DNA of 32,000 nt, taken from the NCBI RefSeq assembly GCF_000008625.1, contig NC_000918.1:630001-662000 (forward strand), in the 5' to 3' direction. A program made the translations under genes and the position numbers. Position 1 is the first letter of the stretch. Each line of letters opens with the position of its first letter. Under the pieces are notes generated by a model, which was not told the origin of the DNA, made no database searches, and worked only from the letters and a program-made list of their open reading frames with translations. Shown one piece after another: positions 13,713 through 22,893 of this stretch. This DNA comes from Aquifex aeolicus VF5 (GTDB lineage: Bacteria; Aquificota; Aquificia; Aquificales; Aquificaceae).

Positions 13713-14294
13713 TCAAAACTTACCCTTTTCCAGCCTTTTTAAGGAGTAGTAATCCCCTATGCCGTACTTAAACCAGAGTTCCTCAAGGATTTTTATAAAG
13801 ATTTCTGCGGTAAGGGTTGCGTCCTTTAAAGCCCTGTGAACTCCGTTCGTCTCAAAACCGAAGTTCTCAGCTATTTCCTTTAAAGAGTACTTTTTAAGTC
13901 CCGGAAAAACTTTTCTCGCCAACTTCAGCGTGCAGAGAGACGGGTTTCTGAACTTTTTTCCCCTGTACTGTTTTGTGTACTTGTTTATGAACTTTATGTC
14001 CTGTTCTACGAAGTGTCCAACCACTATGTTATCACCCACGAATTCCAGAAATTCGGGCAGAACTTCTTCTATGGTGGGTTGTCCTACGAGCATGGCGTTT
14101 GTTATGCCCGTTAACTTCTTTATCCTCTCTGGAATGAAGTAACCTGGATAAACCAGAGTTGAGAACTTTTCAGTTATTATCCCTCCTTCAACGCGTACAG
14201 CGGCAAGGTCTATAACTTCAGACTTTTCAACGTCAAACCCGGTAGCCTCCAGGTCTATAACGACGAAAGTGCCATCAAGGAGATTGTCTCGCAT
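13713..14294 (-). CDS. DnaQ/PolC-like DEDDh 3'-5' exonuclease
   Basis: FVVIDLEATGFDVEKSEVIDLAAVRVEGG...VGHFVEQDIKFI...HRALKDATLTAEI (ExoI-III motifs). Start moved to internal Met (MRDNLLDG). Confidence 0.88.
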   Translation of the reverse strand: MRDNLLDGTFVVIDLEATGFDVEKSEVIDLAAVRVEGGIITEKFSTLVYPGYFIPERIKKLTGITNAMLVGQPTIEEVLPEFLEFVGDNIVVGHFVEQDIKFINKYTKQYRGKKFRNPSLCTLKLARKVFPGLKKYSLKEIAENFGFETNGVHRALKDATLTAEIFIKILEELWFKYGIGDYYSLKRLEKGKF

Positions 14295-14295
14295 T

Positions 14296-14529
14296 TTAAG
14301 ACTTTTGGGAGAGCTCTTCAATCTCGTAATCCTCTATTAACGGGTTGATGAGGTACTTTTCTACAAGCTTTCTGAGATCGGTGTCTTCTGAAACTTCGAG
14401 TTCAACAACTTTTCCTACTCTCACGTTTGATACGTTAAAGCCGTTTTCCTTTAACATCTCCTCAACGGCTCTGCCCTGAGGGTCCAGAAGCCCCTCTTTC
14501 GGCATTATTATTACCCTTACGAGCTTCAT
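14296..14529 (-). CDS. purS: phosphoribosylformylglycinamidine synthase subunit PurS
   Basis: MPKEGLLDPQGRAVEEMLKENGFNVSNVRVGKVVELEV, about 77 aa: PurS signature. Confidence 0.93.
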   Translation of the reverse strand: MKLVRVIIMPKEGLLDPQGRAVEEMLKENGFNVSNVRVGKVVELEVSEDTDLRKLVEKYLINPLIEDYEIEELSQKS

Positions 14530-14551
14530 AAAAACCTCCTTCCCTTAAATT

Positions 14552-15313
14552 TTAATCACATTCAAGAAGGATAAAACTTATGTTGTCCTTGCCATCCTGA
14601 TAGGCAAGCTCAAAGAGGCAGTTAGCTCTTAATTTTATGTCCTCTTTGGAAAGACAGGAAACCTTTTCCCTGAAAGAGAGAGCTTCCCAGAGACCATCCG
14701 AGCATATTAGGAAAGTGTCTCCTTTCTTTACTTCCTCTTCTCTGACGAACACCTCGGGAAGGTCAGGGTAACCTCCTAGGATCGCACTCTCGAGTATGTG
14801 CCTTTCGGGATGGAGTCTCAGTTCTTCGTAGGAAATCCTCCCTTCCTTGTAGTACTGAAAGAGGTAAGTGTGGTCCTCCGTCAGGAGTTCTAAATTTCCG
14901 TCTCTGAAGCGGTAAACTCTGCAGTCTCCCACGTTAAAAACAATTGCTCTATCTTTTGAGAGGTAAACACCCGCAAGGGCAGTTCCAAAGCCGTAGCAAA
15001 ACTCATTTCCTTCGTTTATATACTCGTCAAGTCTCTTTTTAGCTTTTAAAATTATCTCCTTGATATATTCGGGTTTCTCCGGTTTTTCTTCCTTTAATAC
15101 TTCCAGAACTAAACCGCTCGCCTTTTCACCGCACGCGTGTCCGCCGAGGCCGTCTGCCACCGCAAAGGGGGTGAATTCATAAACCTCAAACTCTTCAACC
15201 TGAGGTGTGTTCATAGACGTTTCCCTGAAGAGTTTTCCGTCTACGAGCAGGGCATCTTCGTTTTTGGGTCTTACCTTTCCCGTGTTCGTAATGTATGCGG
15301 TCCTTACCTTCAT
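14552..15313 (-). CDS. PP2C-family serine/threonine protein phosphatase
   Basis: VRPKNEDALLVDG...FAVADGLGGHACGEKASG...VFNVGDCRVYRFRDG...FLICSDGLWE. Start at internal Met (MKVRTAYITNTG). Confidence 0.92.
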   Translation of the reverse strand: MKVRTAYITNTGKVRPKNEDALLVDGKLFRETSMNTPQVEEFEVYEFTPFAVADGLGGHACGEKASGLVLEVLKEEKPEKPEYIKEIILKAKKRLDEYINEGNEFCYGFGTALAGVYLSKDRAIVFNVGDCRVYRFRDGNLELLTEDHTYLFQYYKEGRISYEELRLHPERHILESAILGGYPDLPEVFVREEEVKKGDTFLICSDGLWEALSFREKVSCLSKEDIKLRANCLFELAYQDGKDNISFILLECD

Positions 15314-15747
15314 TTTTCTTTGATGGCTTCCAAGAGGCACTCCCTCATTAAGTCCTCGGATGGCGTTCCTATGTCCCTTATGGTTTCAAAGTCCTTGTTA
15401 AAGCCCTCCTTTTCAAGCTTCTTCATGAGTATTTTGAACACGTTTTTGAGACCTTCTTTCATTGGGATGCCTTCTTTGAATATGTAAAGTTCGTCGTCCT
15501 CGTTGAAGAACTCTATACCGTATTCTTCAGGGTTTTCTATCTCAAAGTCAACGCCGAGGGCGTAAGCCTGACCGTGTTTTATGGCGTTCTCCTCGGGAAT
15601 GTAGTGTTCAGAAAAACAAGAGTACTTTACATCTTTGAAAAGGTTTTCATCCATCGGGGTAGCAACTATATATAAAGCCTCTTCCTGCTTAACTTCTCCT
15701 TTTTCGTTCACACCCGCAAGGGTAACTAAATAGCTCCAGGACTTCAT
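15310..15747 (-). CDS. hypothetical protein, co-oriented and 4-nt overlapping with the PP2C phosphatase gene
   Basis: ORF MKSWSYLVTLAGVNEKGEVKQEEAL...; start chosen at the internal Met. Confidence 0.55.
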   Translation of the reverse strand: MKSWSYLVTLAGVNEKGEVKQEEALYIVATPMDENLFKDVKYSCFSEHYIPEENAIKHGQAYALGVDFEIENPEEYGIEFFNEDDELYIFKEGIPMKEGLKNVFKILMKKLEKEGFNKDFETIRDIGTPSEDLMRECLLEAIKEK

Positions 15748-15832
15748 AATAAGAATATTTAAACCTGCCCTGCGGTATTGCAAACTTTTTGCAGTTTAAC
15801 TATTTTTTAAAAGTAATCTTCAGGAGGAGGTC

Positions 15833-17737
15833 ATGAACGCGTTGAAAAACTTCTTTATATGGGCAATCATTATCGGAGCTGCGATAGTAGCCTTTAACCT
15901 ATTTGAAGGAAAAAGAGAATTTACCACGAAGGTTTCCTTAAACGAAGTAGTTAAGCTCGTTGAGGAAGGTAAGGTAAGTTACGCGGAGGTAAGGGGAAAC
16001 ACGGCGATAATTCAAACTAAAGACGGACAAAAACTGGAGGTGACTCTCCCACCTAACACGAACTTAGTTGACAAAATGGTTGAGAAAGGTGTAAGGGTTG
16101 AAGTTGCAAACCCAGAACCGCCCGGAGGGTGGCTCGTAAACGTATTCCTCTCATGGCTTCCAATACTCTTCTTTATCGGTATATGGATATTCCTCCTCAG
16201 GCAGATGTCGGGGGGTGGAAACGTAAACAGGGCCTTTAACTTCGGAAAGAGCAGGGCGAAGGTTTACATAGAGGAAAAACCGAAGGTAACTTTCAAGGAC
16301 GTTGCAGGAATAGAAGAAGTAAAGGAAGAAGTAAAGGAAATTATTGAATACCTGAAAGACCCCGTTAAGTTCCAGAAGCTCGGCGGAAGACCTCCCAAGG
16401 GAGTTCTCCTTTACGGTGAGCCAGGTGTGGGTAAAACGCTCCTTGCGAAAGCTATCGCGGGCGAGGCTCACGTTCCCTTCATCTCGGTCTCTGGTTCTGA
16501 CTTCGTTGAGATGTTCGTCGGTGTAGGAGCCGCACGGGTAAGGGACCTTTTTGAAACCGCAAAGAAGCACGCTCCCTGCATAATCTTTATAGACGAGATT
16601 GACGCGGTAGGAAGGGCAAGGGGAGCTATTCCCGTAGGCGGTGGACACGATGAGAGAGAACAAACCTTAAACCAGCTTCTCGTTGAAATGGACGGCTTTG
16701 ACACCTCAGACGGTATTATCGTAATCGCCGCAACCAACAGACCAGACATCTTAGACCCGGCTCTTTTAAGGCCCGGACGTTTTGACAGGCAGATATTTAT
16801 ACCCAAACCTGACGTAAGAGGTAGGTACGAAATACTCAAAGTTCATGCGAGGAACAAGAAACTCGCTAAGGACGTTGACCTTGAGTTTGTGGCGAGGGCA
16901 ACCCCGGGCTTTACGGGAGCGGACCTTGAAAACCTCCTAAACGAAGCGGCATTACTCGCGGCAAGGAAAGGTAAAGAAGAGATAACTATGGAAGAAATAG
17001 AAGAAGCCCTAGACAGGATTACTATGGGACTAGAAAGAAAGGGAATGACCATATCGCCAAAAGAAAAGGAGAAGATAGCTATACACGAAGCCGGACACGC
17101 CCTCATGGGACTCGTCTCCGATGACGATGACAAGGTTCACAAGATATCCATAATCCCGAGGGGTATGGCTCTGGGAGTAACGCAACAACTTCCCATAGAA
17201 GACAAGCATATATACGACAAAAAGGATCTCTACAACAAGATACTGGTGCTTCTGGGCGGAAGGGCTGCGGAAGAGGTATTCTTCGGAAAAGATGGAATCA
17301 CTACGGGAGCAGAAAATGACCTTCAGAGAGCAACGGACCTCGCTTACAGAATGGTTTCCATGTGGGGTATGAGCGATAAGGTCGGTCCGATAGCTATAAG
17401 GAGGGTGGCAAATCCCTTCCTCGGAGGAATGACCACAGCGGTAGACACAAGCCCTGACCTTTTAAGGGAAATAGACGAAGAGGTAAAGAGGATTATTACG
17501 GAACAGTATGAAAAGGCTAAAGCTATAGTGGAGGAATACAAAGAACCCTTGAAAGCCGTGGTCAAGAAGCTACTTGAGAAGGAAACGATAACCTGCGAGG
17601 AGTTCGTAGAAGTGTTCAAGCTCTACGGTATAGAGCTTAAAGACAAGTGTAAGAAAGAGGAACTCTTTGACAAAGACAGGAAATCTGAGGAAAATAAAGA
17701 ACTTAAATCTGAAGAAGTTAAGGAGGAGGTAGTCTGA
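15833..17737 (+). CDS. ftsH: ATP-dependent zinc metalloprotease FtsH
   Basis: Walker [17 protein letters not shown], Walker [26 protein letters not shown], zinc motif HEAGH. Confidence 0.97.
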   Translation: MNALKNFFIWAIIIGAAIVAFNLFEGKREFTTKVSLNEVVKLVEEGKVSYAEVRGNTAIIQTKDGQKLEVTLPPNTNLVDKMVEKGVRVEVANPEPPGGWLVNVFLSWLPILFFIGIWIFLLRQMSGGGNVNRAFNFGKSRAKVYIEEKPKVTFKDVAGIEEVKEEVKEIIEYLKDPVKFQKLGGRPPKGVLLYGEPGVGKTLLAKAIAGEAHVPFISVSGSDFVEMFVGVGAARVRDLFETAKKHAPCIIFIDEIDAVGRARGAIPVGGGHDEREQTLNQLLVEMDGFDTSDGIIVIAATNRPDILDPALLRPGRFDRQIFIPKPDVRGRYEILKVHARNKKLAKDVDLEFVARATPGFTGADLENLLNEAALLAARKGKEEITMEEIEEALDRITMGLERKGMTISPKEKEKIAIHEAGHALMGLVSDDDDKVHKISIIPRGMALGVTQQLPIEDKHIYDKKDLYNKILVLLGGRAAEEVFFGKDGITTGAENDLQRATDLAYRMVSMWGMSDKVGPIAIRRVANPFLGGMTTAVDTSPDLLREIDEEVKRIITEQYEKAKAIVEEYKEPLKAVVKKLLEKETITCEEFVEVFKLYGIELKDKCKKEELFDKDRKSEENKELKSEEVKEEVV

Positions 17738-19035
17738 TGGGAATGACTATAACCGAGAAGATTCTGGCGGAACACGCTGGTAAGAAGGAAGTCCACCCCG
17801 GAGAACTCATAACTGCAAAGATAGACCTCGCAATGGCAAACGATGTGACCGCACCCCTTGCCATAAAGATACTTGAGAAGTACGGAATAGATAAGGTCTT
17901 TGACCCTGAGAGGATAGCCCTTGTTCTCTCACACTTCGTTCCCGCAAAGGACATAAAGTCCGCTGAGCAGGCAAAGATAGTAAGAGAATTCGTAAAAAAG
18001 CACGGTATAAAGTGGTTCTTTGAAGAGGGAGAAGGTATAGAACACGCCATACTCCCCGAGCAAGGACTCGTCGTTCCCGGGGACCTCGTTGTAGGTGCGG
18101 ACTCCCACACCTGCACTTACGGAGCTCTCGGAGCCTTTGCAACGGGGGTCGGTTCCACCGATATAGCCTACGCTATGGCTACCGGAGAAGTTTGGCTCAG
18201 AGTTCCCGAAAGTATGAAGTTCATCTTCTACGGAAAACTAAAACCATGGGTGATGGGAAAGGACCTAATCCTCTACACGATAGGGCAAATAGGGGTTGAC
18301 GGAGCACTCTACAGGGCTATGGAATTTGACGGAGAGACCATAAGAAACCTTTCTATGGAACAGAGGTTTACTATAGCAAACATGGCGATAGAAGCGGGTG
18401 GAAAGAGCGGAATAATCTCTCCTGATGAAAAAACGATAGAATACGTAAAACAAAGGGCAAAGAGACCATGGAAAGTTTACCAGAGCGACCCTGACGCTGA
18501 GTACCACTCCGTTTACGAGTGGGACGCTTCTCAGATAGAACCCTTAGTAGCGTGGCCCTACCTACCTTCAAACGTGCATCCCGTTTCTGAATCCACCCAT
18601 ATAACGATAGACCAGGCATTTATAGGCTCCTGCACAAACGGAAGAATAGAGGACCTGAGAGTTGCAGCAAAGGTGTTTGAAGCTGCGCTAAAGCAAGGAA
18701 AGAAAGTTCACCCTTACGTGAGGTGCATAGTAATTCCCGCGTCCAAGGCTATATACAAGCAAGCTTTGAAAGAAGGACTCATAGATATCTTTATGGAAGC
18801 CGGTTGCGTGGTTTCTACTTCTACGTGCGGTCCCTGCCTTGGTGGACACATGGGAGTGCTTGCGGAAGGTGAAAGGTGTATATCCACATCTAACAGAAAC
18901 TTCCCCGGAAGGATGGGTCATCCTAAGAGCGAAAGCTACCTCGCAAACCCTGCCGTGGTCGCTGCGAGTGCAATAATGGGAAGAATTGCCCACCCCGACG
19001 AGGTGGTGAAAGCCGAAACCCTTGCGGGTGTTTAA
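17737..19035 (+). CDS. leuC: 3-isopropylmalate dehydratase large subunit (aconitase family)
   Basis: GADSHTCTYGALGAFATGVGSTD; GSCTNGRIEDLRVAA; STCGPCLGGHMGVL; NRNFPGRMGHP. TGATG overlap with ftsH stop. Confidence 0.93.
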   Translation: MGMTITEKILAEHAGKKEVHPGELITAKIDLAMANDVTAPLAIKILEKYGIDKVFDPERIALVLSHFVPAKDIKSAEQAKIVREFVKKHGIKWFFEEGEGIEHAILPEQGLVVPGDLVVGADSHTCTYGALGAFATGVGSTDIAYAMATGEVWLRVPESMKFIFYGKLKPWVMGKDLILYTIGQIGVDGALYRAMEFDGETIRNLSMEQRFTIANMAIEAGGKSGIISPDEKTIEYVKQRAKRPWKVYQSDPDAEYHSVYEWDASQIEPLVAWPYLPSNVHPVSESTHITIDQAFIGSCTNGRIEDLRVAAKVFEAALKQGKKVHPYVRCIVIPASKAIYKQALKEGLIDIFMEAGCVVSTSTCGPCLGGHMGVLAEGERCISTSNRNFPGRMGHPKSESYLANPAVVAASAIMGRIAHPDEVVKAETLAGV

Positions 19036-19049
19036 TTCTTCTTTTCTTT

Positions 19050-19794
19050 ATGCCCGTAAAGTTAAAGGTTTACTTAAAACCTGAGAAACCTATAAAATCA
19101 AGCCTTCTCACACCTGAGGCGGTTCACGGTCTCTTTTTTAACCTCCTTTCGGAAGAATTCGCAGAAGAACTCCACAGACCTTCAAAGGTAAAGCCCTTTT
19201 TCCCTGTGGTTTCCTCAATTTTACGAAGAGGAAAAGGAACTTGATAAGTTCTATCTGGAAGTCTTATTTCTGCAAGAAAGTTTAATGCCCAAATTTTTAT
19301 CTTCCTTTTTACTTGAAAATAAAGAAATCCGTTTAAACGGTGTAAAACTGAAAAAAGTTTTAAGCCCGAAAGTGAGCGAGGAGAGTATTAAATCTTACGA
19401 AACCCTTTTTAATTAGGCAGGAGAGGAAAACACCGTGGTTATGGACTTCATATCACCGACGACGTTTAAAAAGGGCGATTTTGACCATCCCCTTCCTGAA
19501 CAGAAGTTCGTTTTTAAAAGCCTGATAAGAAAGTAGGTGAGGTTTTCCGATTTTCCCCTTGATGCAGATTTAAGGGAATTTATTGAGAAAAATATTTTCG
19601 TGTCTGGCGTATGGACAAAGACGAGGAAAGTTGAAACGGGACAAAATGCAAAACTCGTAGGCTTCACGGGAAGGGTAGTTTACTACGTGTGGATAAACGC
19701 CCTCTCTTCCTTTTCTGAGTTTGCCGGCGTAGGCAGAAAAACCACAATGGGTTTCGGAAAAACAAGAAAAGTTCCCCTCAAAAATTTAGAATGA
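19050..19794 (+). pseudogene. cas6: disrupted cas6-like CRISPR RNA endoribonuclease
   Basis: Frame 19050-: MPVKLKVYLKPEKPIKSSLLTPEAVHGLFFNLLSEEFAEELHRPSKVKPF then shift (T5 run at 19197-19201) into frame with YEEEKELDKFYLEVLFLQESLMPKFLSSFLLENKEIRLNGVKLKKVLSPKVSEESIKSYETLFN*AGEENTVVMDFISPTTFKKGDFDHPLPEQKFVFKSLIRK*VRFSDFPLDADLREFIEKN...GFTGRVVYYVWINALSSFSEFAGVGRKTTMGFGKTRKV. The C-terminal Gly-rich GVGRKTTMGFG and N-terminal LHRP..KPF are Cas6-like. Confidence 0.85.
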
Positions 19795-19831
19795 TGTATA
19801 ATAAATTTACAGCCTTGCTGAGGGCTTTTTA

Positions 19832-20070
19832 GCTCCTTGGCAATTGAATAGGGTTTATGGGTCTTGATAAGTGATGCTTTGATGATGTGATGAAATGAAA
19901 TCATGATGTGATATGATTGAAGTGATTGAAAATCAAGGGTAAAAATTTTATAAAGGCATACTCAATTTTGCAGAACCTCGGGTTAGCGGAAATTAACATT
20001 CGTTTCATTAAGGTCAGAAGTCTAATAAGTTATTTATAAAGCGTTTTTTTAGACACAGGCGTGCAGGGTT
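19832..20070 (+). repeat. CRISPR leader-like sequence, copy 1 (lacks the ordinary repeats)
   Basis: 239 bp matching 23856-24094 at constant offset 4024, with one difference seen by eye (caaTtg vs caaCtg at 19844/23868). Copy 2 directly abuts a CRISPR repeat. Confidence 0.9.
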
Positions 20071-20096
20071 ACGCCCTAATAATGAGGGATTGCGAC
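20068..20096 (+). repeat. 29-nt element R' copy 1: GTTACGCCCTAATAATGAGGGATTGCGAC
   Basis: Occupies the leader-proximal repeat position; 26/29 identical to 24228-24256, all three differences C/T transitions; internal CCCT...AGGG inverted repeat. Confidence 0.8.
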
Positions 20097-20220
20097 TATA
20101 ATAATGTGGCTCTCTGCAATGATAACAAAAAGCGTTGAAATGCCCTAAGTAAATAAGAGGTTTTTCTTTCTCATTTCATAAACTTAATAAATAAACACTC
20201 ACTTATAATTAATATTTCCT

Positions 20221-20544
20221 ATGGCTAAGATAAAGCACCTTGAGGAAAAGTTCGGGGAAAAGCCTGTAAGTGAGCTCGTTTATGAAGATGAGAACGCAAA
20301 AGTAATCAGGTTTTACCTTAAGAAGGGACAGGAGATAAAGCCTCACACATCCCCTTCCAGCGTTTACATTACAGTTTTAAAAGGGAAAGTAACTTTCACA
20401 GCGGGAGAGGAAAAAATCAAAGGGGAGCAAGGTTCTACGATTTACTACGAGCCTAATGAACTCCACGGATTTGTGGCAGAAGAGGATAGCGTTCTGGAAG
20501 CTGTCATAACTCCAAAACCCGTGAGGAAAGTAAGCCTCAAATAA
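20221..20544 (+). CDS. small cupin-domain protein (107 aa)
   Basis: KKGQEIKPHTSPSSVYITVLKGKVTFTAGEEKIKGEQGSTIYYEPNELHGFVAEEDSVLEAVITP cupin pattern. Confidence 0.8.
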   Translation: MAKIKHLEEKFGEKPVSELVYEDENAKVIRFYLKKGQEIKPHTSPSSVYITVLKGKVTFTAGEEKIKGEQGSTIYYEPNELHGFVAEEDSVLEAVITPKPVRKVSLK

Positions 20545-20616
20545 GAAATTCTTATATCCTTATAATGATAAGTAAGTGTTGATTTACTTTGATAAAGGTC
20601 ATAATATTAATATCAA

Positions 20617-21102
20617 ATGGGGAAGCAGGAGAAGGACTTAGGAACTGCTTGGGAGTATCAGGGTTGTCTTATTCCGAAAGATCTTTATTACGACATAGAA
20701 AATCAGGTCTGGGTAAGAGTAAACGAAGACGGAACGGTAACGCTCGGGCTCACGGACGTGGGACAGACCCGTGCCGGTAGACTACTCCATATAAGGGTAA
20801 AACCCGTAGGGACGAAAGTAAAGAAGGGAAAACCAGTTGCGACACTTGAAAGCGGGAAGTGGGCCGGACCCGTTCCCGCACTCGTGGAGGGCGAAATCGT
20901 TGAAGTAAACCCGAAAGTCGTGGAAGACCCGAACTACATAAACATTGACCCTTACGGAGATGCGTGGATCGTAAAGATTAAACCCACAAGCGAAGAAACG
21001 CTCAAGAGAGACCTCTCCGAACTTGCTCACGGTGAAAAAGCTCACGAAGAAATGAAAAAGCATATAGACGAGTGGGATATAGTTTGTATGAGGTGTGTGT
21101 GA
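20617..21102 (+). CDS. gcvH: glycine-cleavage H-like lipoyl-carrier protein
   Basis: VTLGLTDVGQTRAGRLLHIRVKPVGTKVKKGKPVATLESGKWAGPVPALVEGEIVEVNPKVVEDPNYIN; lipoyl-Lys context ESGK. Confidence 0.85.
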   Translation: MGKQEKDLGTAWEYQGCLIPKDLYYDIENQVWVRVNEDGTVTLGLTDVGQTRAGRLLHIRVKPVGTKVKKGKPVATLESGKWAGPVPALVEGEIVEVNPKVVEDPNYINIDPYGDAWIVKIKPTSEETLKRDLSELAHGEKAHEEMKKHIDEWDIVCMRCV

Positions 21103-21365
21103 TGGGTGCGAAGGATAAACACGTTATTCTTCTGGTTTCTCAATGGTGTCCTACATGTCCTCATGCGGATGCCCTCTGGAAAAAACTTCAGGAAGAATAC
21201 GGCTTTAAGTATGAAGTTCTGGACATAGGTACTCCGGAGGGCAGGTACTGGGTCACAAAGCTAATGGTAAGGAGTGTTCCTTCCACGGTTATAGACGGTA
21301 AGCTTGCATTCGTGGGGGTGCCAAACGAAGCGGAAGCACGCAAAGCAATAGAGGAGGGGGTTTAA
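21102..21365 (+). CDS. thioredoxin/glutaredoxin-like redox protein (87 aa)
   Basis: LLVSQWCPTCPHADALWKKLQ...VRSVPSTVIDGKLAFVG; ATG at 21102 overlaps the preceding TGA (TGATG). Confidence 0.85.
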   Translation: MGAKDKHVILLVSQWCPTCPHADALWKKLQEEYGFKYEVLDIGTPEGRYWVTKLMVRSVPSTVIDGKLAFVGVPNEAEARKAIEEGV

Positions 21366-21392
21366 CTTTATACCTTTTTATAATCTTTAAGT

Positions 21393-22250
21393 ATGTACTT
21401 TCAAGACATCATAATGACCCTTCACAAGTTCTGGGCTGAAAAGGGATGTTTAATCTGGCAACCCTACGACGTTGAAGTCGGTGCAGGGACAATGAACCCT
21501 GCCACTTTCCTGAAAGTTCTTGGTAAAAAGCCGTGGAACGTCGCATACGTTGAACCCTCAAGAAGGCCTCAGGACGGAAGGTACGGAGAAAACCCCAACA
21601 GACTCCAGCACTACTACCAGTTTCAGGTAATTTTAAAGCCCGCACCCCGAAATCCTCAGGAGATTTACCTTGAAAGCCTTGAAAGACTAGGCATAAATCC
21701 CCTGGAACACGACATAAGGTTCGTGGAAGACGACTGGGAATCTCCTACCTTGGGAGCATGGGGACTCGGCTGGGAGGTCTGGCTTGACGGAATGGAAATA
21801 ACCCAGTTCACCTACTTCCAGCAGGCGGGAGGACTTGACCTTGACGAGATATCCGTTGAGATCACTTACGGACTGGAAAGGATAGCGATGTACATACAGG
21901 ATAAAGACAGCGTTTTTGACATAGAGTGGAAAGAGGGAATAACCTACGGCGAGATATTCAAGCGTTCGGAGTGGGAGTGGAGCAAGTACAACTTTGAACT
22001 TGCAGACACGGATATGCTCTTTCAGGTTTACGAAATGTTTGAAAAGGAATCAAAAAGGATGGTTGAAGAAGGGCTTATATTCCCCGCTTATGACTACCTC
22101 CTGAAGTGTTCCCACGTGTTTAACATACTGGACGCAAGAGGAGCTATTTCCGTTCAGGAGAGGGCGAGGTACATAAGGAGGATGAACAACCTTGCAAGGG
22201 AAATAGCAAAGCTCTATCTTCAAGTCTTTGAAAATGTTGGAGCAACTTGA
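21393..22250 (+). CDS. glyQ: glycyl-tRNA synthetase alpha subunit
   Basis: [44 protein letters not shown]...[26 protein letters not shown]. Confidence 0.97.
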
Positions 22251-22893
22251 AAAAAAACTCGGCTACACCTTTAAGGATAAATCTCTACTCGAAAAAGCCT
22301 TAACCCACGTATCTTACTCAAAAAAAGAACACTACGAAACTCTTGAGTTCCTCGGCGATGCCCTCGTGAATTTTTTTATAGTTGACCTTCTGGTTCAGTA
22401 TTCCCCCAACAAAAGGGAAGGCTTTTTATCTCCCTTGAAAGCTTACCTCATAAGTGAAGAGTTTTTTAATTTACTCGCTCAAAAACTGGAACTTCATAAA
22501 TTCATAAGAATAAAGAGAGGAAAGATAAACGAAACAATTATAGGAGACGTATTTGAAGCTCTTTGGGCAGCGGTTTACATAGATTCGGGAAGGGACGCAA
22601 ACTTCACACGGGAACTTTTTTACAAACTTTTTAAAGAAGATATACTGAGTGCTATAAAAGAGGGAAGAGTAAAAAAAGATTACAAAACGATACTTCAGGA
22701 GATCACTCAAAAACGATGGAAGGAAAGACCGGAATACAGACTCATAAGTGTTGAAGGTCCTCACCATAAAAAGAAGTTCATAGTGGAAGCAAAAATAAAA
22801 GAGTACCGAACACTCGGCGAAGGAAAGAGCAAAAAGGAAGCTGAACAAAGGGCAGCCGAGGAATTAATTAAATTACTGGAGGAATCAGAATGA
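22228..22893 (+). CDS. rnc: ribonuclease III
   Basis: [17 protein letters not shown] signature; C-terminal dsRBD; sequence matches my recollection of the A. aeolicus RNase III used in structural work. Confidence 0.97.

Noticed and set aside
15137-15487. Plus-strand 116-aa ORF
   Set aside because: Antisense to the PP2C phosphatase and the adjacent gene; composition is that of a shadow ORF.
16151-17133. Minus-strand ORFs of 170, 123 and 96 aa (16151-16663, 16468-16839, 16843-17133)
   Set aside because: Antisense to ftsH, with low-complexity Ser/Leu-rich shadow translations.
19414-19536. Programmed UAG readthrough or recoding of cas6
   Set aside because: Two amber codons plus a frameshift are more simply explained by gene decay; no recoding signal or amber suppressor tRNA is visible here. 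Listed only as something to test.
19683-19904. Minus-strand 73-aa ORF spanning the cas6 3' end and leader
   Set aside because: Crosses a pseudogene and the duplicated non-coding leader; the translation has no family features.
20782-21063. Minus-strand 93-aa ORF
   Set aside because: Antisense to the gcvH-like gene; no independent support.
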